Shown here piece after piece: positions 60,101 to 64,000 of a stretch of DNA of 64,000 nucleotides. The stretch comes from Macrostomum hystrix (Eukaryota; Animalia; Platyhelminthes): assembly GCA_950097015.1 (NCBI GenBank), contig CATNEN010000034.1, forward strand, positions 372,001 through 436,000, written 5' to 3'. The notes beneath the pieces were generated by a model. The model saw only the letters and a list, made by a program, of their open reading frames with translations. It was not told the origin of the DNA and did no database searches. Each line of letters begins with the position of its first letter. The stretch's first letter is position 1. Both the position numbers and the translations under genes were made by a program.

Positions 60101-61790
60101 GCAGATTCATTAGGATGAGACAGCAGATTCATTAGCATGAGACAGCAGATTCATTAGGATGAGACAGCAGATTCATTAGGATGAGACAGCAGATTCATTA
60201 GCATGAGACAGCAGATTCATTAGGATGAGACAGCAGATTCATTAGCATGAGACAGCAGATTCATTAGCATGAGACAGCAGATTCATTAGGATGAGACAGC
60301 AGATTCATTAGGATGAGACAGCAGATTCATTAGCATGAGACAGCAGATTCATTAGGATGAGACAGCAGATTCATTAGCATGAGACAGCAGATTCATTAGG
60401 ATGAGACAGCAGATTCATTAGGATGAGACAGCAGATTCATTAGCATGAGACAGCAGATCCATTAGGATGAGACAGCAGATTCATTAGGATGAGACAGCAC
60501 ATTCATTAGGATGAGACAGCAGATTCATTAGGAAGATTCATTAGGATGAGACAGCAGATCCATTAGGATGAGACAGCAGATCCATTAGGATGAGACAGCA
60601 GATTCATTAGGATGAGACAGCAGATTCATTAGCATGAGACAGCACATTCATTAGCATGAGACAGCACATTCATTAGGATGAGACAGCAGATTCATTAGGA
60701 TGAGACAGCAGATTCATTAGCATGAGACAGCAGATCCATTAGGATGAGACAGCAGATCCATTAGGATGAGACAGCAGATTCATTAGGATGAGACAGCACA
60801 TTCATTAGGATGAGACAGCAGATTCATTAGGATGAGACAGCAGATCCATTAGGATGAGACAGCAGATTCATTAGGATGAGACAGCAGATTCATTAGCATG
60901 AGACAGCAGATTCATTAGGATGAGACAGCAGATTCATTAGCATGAGACAGCAGATCCATTAGGATGAGACAGCAGATTCATTAGGATGAGACAGCAGATT
61001 CATTAGCATGAGACAGCAGATCCATTAGGATGAGACAGCAGATTCATTAGCATGAGACAGCAGATTCATTAGGATGAGACAGCAGATTCATTAGCATGAG
61101 ACAGCAGATCCATTAGGATGAGACAGCAGATTCATTAGGATGAGACAGCAGATTCATTAGGATGAGACAGCAGATTCATTAGGATGAGACAGCAGATTCA
61201 TCAGCATGAGACAGCACATTCATTAGGATGAGACAGCAGATTCATTAGGATGAGACAGCAGATTCATTAGGATGAGACAGCAGATTCATCAGCATGAGAC
61301 AGCACATTCATTAGGATGAGACAGCAGATTCATTAGGATGAGACAGCAGATTCATTAGGATGAGACAGCAGATTCATCAGCATGAGACAGCACATTCATT
61401 AGGATGAGACAGCAGATTCATTAGCATGAGACAGCAGATCCATTAGGATGAGACAGCACATTCATTAGGATGAGACAGCAGATCCATTAGGATGAGACAG
61501 CAGATTCATTAGGATGAGACAGCAGATTCATTAGGATGAGACAGCAGATCCATTAGGATGAGACAGCAGATTCATTAGGATGAGACAGCAGATTCATTAG
61601 GATGAGACAGCAGATTCATTAGGATGAGACAGCAGATTCATTAGGATGAGACAGCAGATTCATCAGCATGAGACAGCACATTCATTAGGATGAGACAGCA
61701 GATTCATTAGGATGAGACAGCACATTCATTAGGATGAGACAGCAGATCCATTAGGATGAGACAGCAGATCCATTAGGATGAGACAGCACT
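57177..61790. repeat. 22-bp satellite (GAGACAGCAGATTCATTAGGAT)n, ~4.6 kb, preceded by a 35-bp precursor unit
   Basis: Period 35 at 57211/57246, then 22 from ~57420. Confidence 0.98.
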
Positions 61791-62473
61791 TCTAAAGCAT
61801 GGGAAGATGATCTATTGGGATGAATTAACAGACAGTAGAAAGAGACTAAAAGTGCAACTTTCTGTCGCAGGATTAAGTACACAGCAGATGCGACAGCTTA
61901 CACTTATCAATGCAGGTGCAGCGTTGGTGCAACCCGAGAATCAGGTGCAAAGGAGATATTTGACGATCTTGCAGTAGACCTTTTTAAAGCAATACTGTAG
62001 CTTCTCGAAGTATAGCTACAGAAGTCATAAGAAGCCTAAATATAGGTCCTGATAAACGGGACCGACCTCTGTTCCTGCCCGCAGTTGTGGCTCCGGCTAT
62101 AATCTCTCCCCTCTCCTCTCAGCCCGAATGGGTGGGAGAACTATTTTCGGTCCTTTCCGGCCTCTCTTCCCCTCTCGCCCTGAAAGAGCTGGGGCTAAAA
62201 TGCACAAATAGCTAGGGGAACGTGTGCGAGGGAGAGACTGGGAGAGGATCGGATCTGGATTGGACCGAACATTGGAGCGAGCGGACACTGCATAGTGACC
62301 AATGCACCAATTGCTTTGAACTAAATGCTGCCTTATAAGTATTACTATCGAATTATTCACTATTCAATATAGCATTAGTGTGATACGCAGACTATGCGCA
62401 GATGAATTTTGTCTATTACTAGATCCTGCGGGCATCTGCATCCTGTCTGTTTCCTCTCTTGATCCATGCACTG

Positions 62474-62722
62474 CAGCAGCAGCAGCACCAGCACCAGCAC
62501 CAGCACCAGCACCAGCACCAGCACCAGCACCAGCACCAGCAGCACCAGCACCAGCACCAGCAGCACCAGCACCAGCACCAGCACCAGCACCAGCAGCACC
62601 AGCACCAGCACCAGCACCAGCACCAGCACCAGCACCAGCAGCAGCACCAGCACCAGCACCAGCACCAGCACCAGCACCAGCACCAGCACCAGCACCAGCA
62701 CCAGCACCAGCATCAGCAGCAG
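62474..62722. repeat. (CAGCAC)n hexamer microsatellite with CAG interruptions
   Basis: Directly visible; gives poly-AG/AP/HQ/ST/VL pseudo-ORFs in all frames. Confidence 0.97.
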
Positions 62723-63294
62723 CCAACTTTGGTTGTACTTCGACTTTCATTCTCTCTCTCTCTCTATGATCTGTCCCATGCAGCGTCTGCGCAGAACATA
62801 CCAAAAGTACATTAGCACCACAGCTTCACAGCTGCGGCTTTTGTAGGCCAACGTACAAACGTTACAGCGCTTGTAGGGCGAAATGGCTACTGCCCAACTA
62901 ATAGTGTAATTTTGCAAATGCGCCGGCGAGAGTAACTAAAATTGCGCAAATAGTGCTGGAGCCTGCAGATTGGATTTGCTATTGTAGGAGGAGCTGAATA
63001 ATTATCCCAAAAACGAATGAGGACAAAACTTGAATTGCCACATCTACTAGTAGTACAGTCCTGTAAGTGCGTGTGAACGAGGTCAAACTGGAATTTTTCT
63101 CTAGAAAAAGCTGCACAGATGAGAGCGACATTAGATTGATGTATGGGGAGAGATCAGAAAGAAATCAGAAAGATCTTCATTCAAGGAATACCATAGAAAT
63201 ATGATAGATCAGATTCATTAGACAGACTAGGAGATAGATAGATTAAATGCAGTTTATTAAAGAGATTATATAGAGAATTATTATTAAAGAGAGA

Positions 63295-63670
63295 GATCTG
63301 ATAGATTAGAGTGAGATCTAATAGATTAGCGTGAGATCTAATAGATTAGAGTGAGATCTAATAGATTAGAGTGAGATCTAATAGATTAGAGTGAGATCTA
63401 ATAGATTAGAGTGAGATCTAATAGATTAGAGTGAGATCTAATAGATTAGAGTGAGATCCAATAGATTAGAGTGAGATATAATAGATTAGAGTGAGATCTA
63501 ATAGATTAGCGTGAGATCCAATAGATTAGAGTGAGATCCAATAGATTAGAGTGAGATCTAATAGATTAGAGTGAGATCCAATAGATTAGAGTGAGATCCA
63601 ATAGATTAGAGTGAGATCCAATAGATTAGAGTCAGATCTAATAGATTAGATAGGGATCATATAGATTAGA
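63295..63670. repeat. 20-bp minisatellite (GAGTGAGATCTAATAGATTA)n
   Basis: Directly visible; contains the inverted repeat TCTAAT-AG-ATTAGA. Confidence 0.95.
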
Positions 63671-63799
63671 TATATAGAGATCTTGCAGTTTAGGAAGAGA
63701 TCTAATAGAGATAATGCAGAGAAAAGCATTCAGAGAGATGCAGAGAGAACTGGATAGAGACTGGCTTGAGAGGGGCATTGTTTTGTGCTGCAGACTCAC

Positions 63800-64000
63800 A
63801 TCGCCTGCCTGGTGAGAGTGACTCACCACAAGATCGGTCAATTCGTCCGAGTCAACCGGAGCAGCCTTGACCGCCTCAGCGACCGCGGCAGACACCGAGC
63901 CAGCTTTGTTGTCAGAGAAACCGGTCTGGTGACACGGGCACAGCGACCACAGACCCGACACTGGACGGCGGGTTCGCTTCGCTGATGCGGCTGCACAGTC
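63800..64000 (-). other. Possible exon (GC-rich, open frame, GTGAGT donors at 63826 and 63799), perhaps an upstream exon of the RhoGAP gene
   Basis: Minus frame DCAAASAKRTRRPVSG...DSDELTDLV|gtgagt is open to the window edge; no family motif. Confidence 0.3.

Noticed and set aside
62364-62846. Poly-AG, poly-HQ and similar ORFs
   Set aside because: (CAGCAC)n is open in nearly all frames; no unique coding context.

Overview
Eukaryotic (invertebrate animal) genomic DNA with GT-AG spliceosomal introns; no prokaryotic systems. By hand, about 35 different tandem arrays (units 6-120 bp) cover roughly 55-60% of the window, an architecture reminiscent of the flatworm Macrostomum (inference only). Most long ORFs in the supplied track are translations of these repeats. 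Genes reconstructed exon by exon: a 2-exon FAX/metaxin GST-like gene (+, 2174-3565); a complete 9-exon nicotinic acetylcholine receptor alpha subunit (+, 7630-17180, 534 aa); an intronless orphan secreted, probably GPI-anchored protein (-, 33188-34009); two identical tRNA-Glu(CTC) genes; and 7 exons of a DLC1/STARD13/crossveinless-c type RhoGAP-START gene (-, 44303-51983, 5' end not located). Two mobile-element families are visible from sequence alone. One is a ~365-bp tRNA-derived SINE with two full-length intronic copies and perfect 13/14-bp target-site duplications. The other is a non-autonomous hAT element (16-bp TIRs, 8-bp TSDs, two copies) whose internal minisatellite has expanded to ~1.45 kb in one copy. 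I did not find a convincing novel multi-gene system; the best leads are these two elements, the orphan protein and the satellite dynamics.
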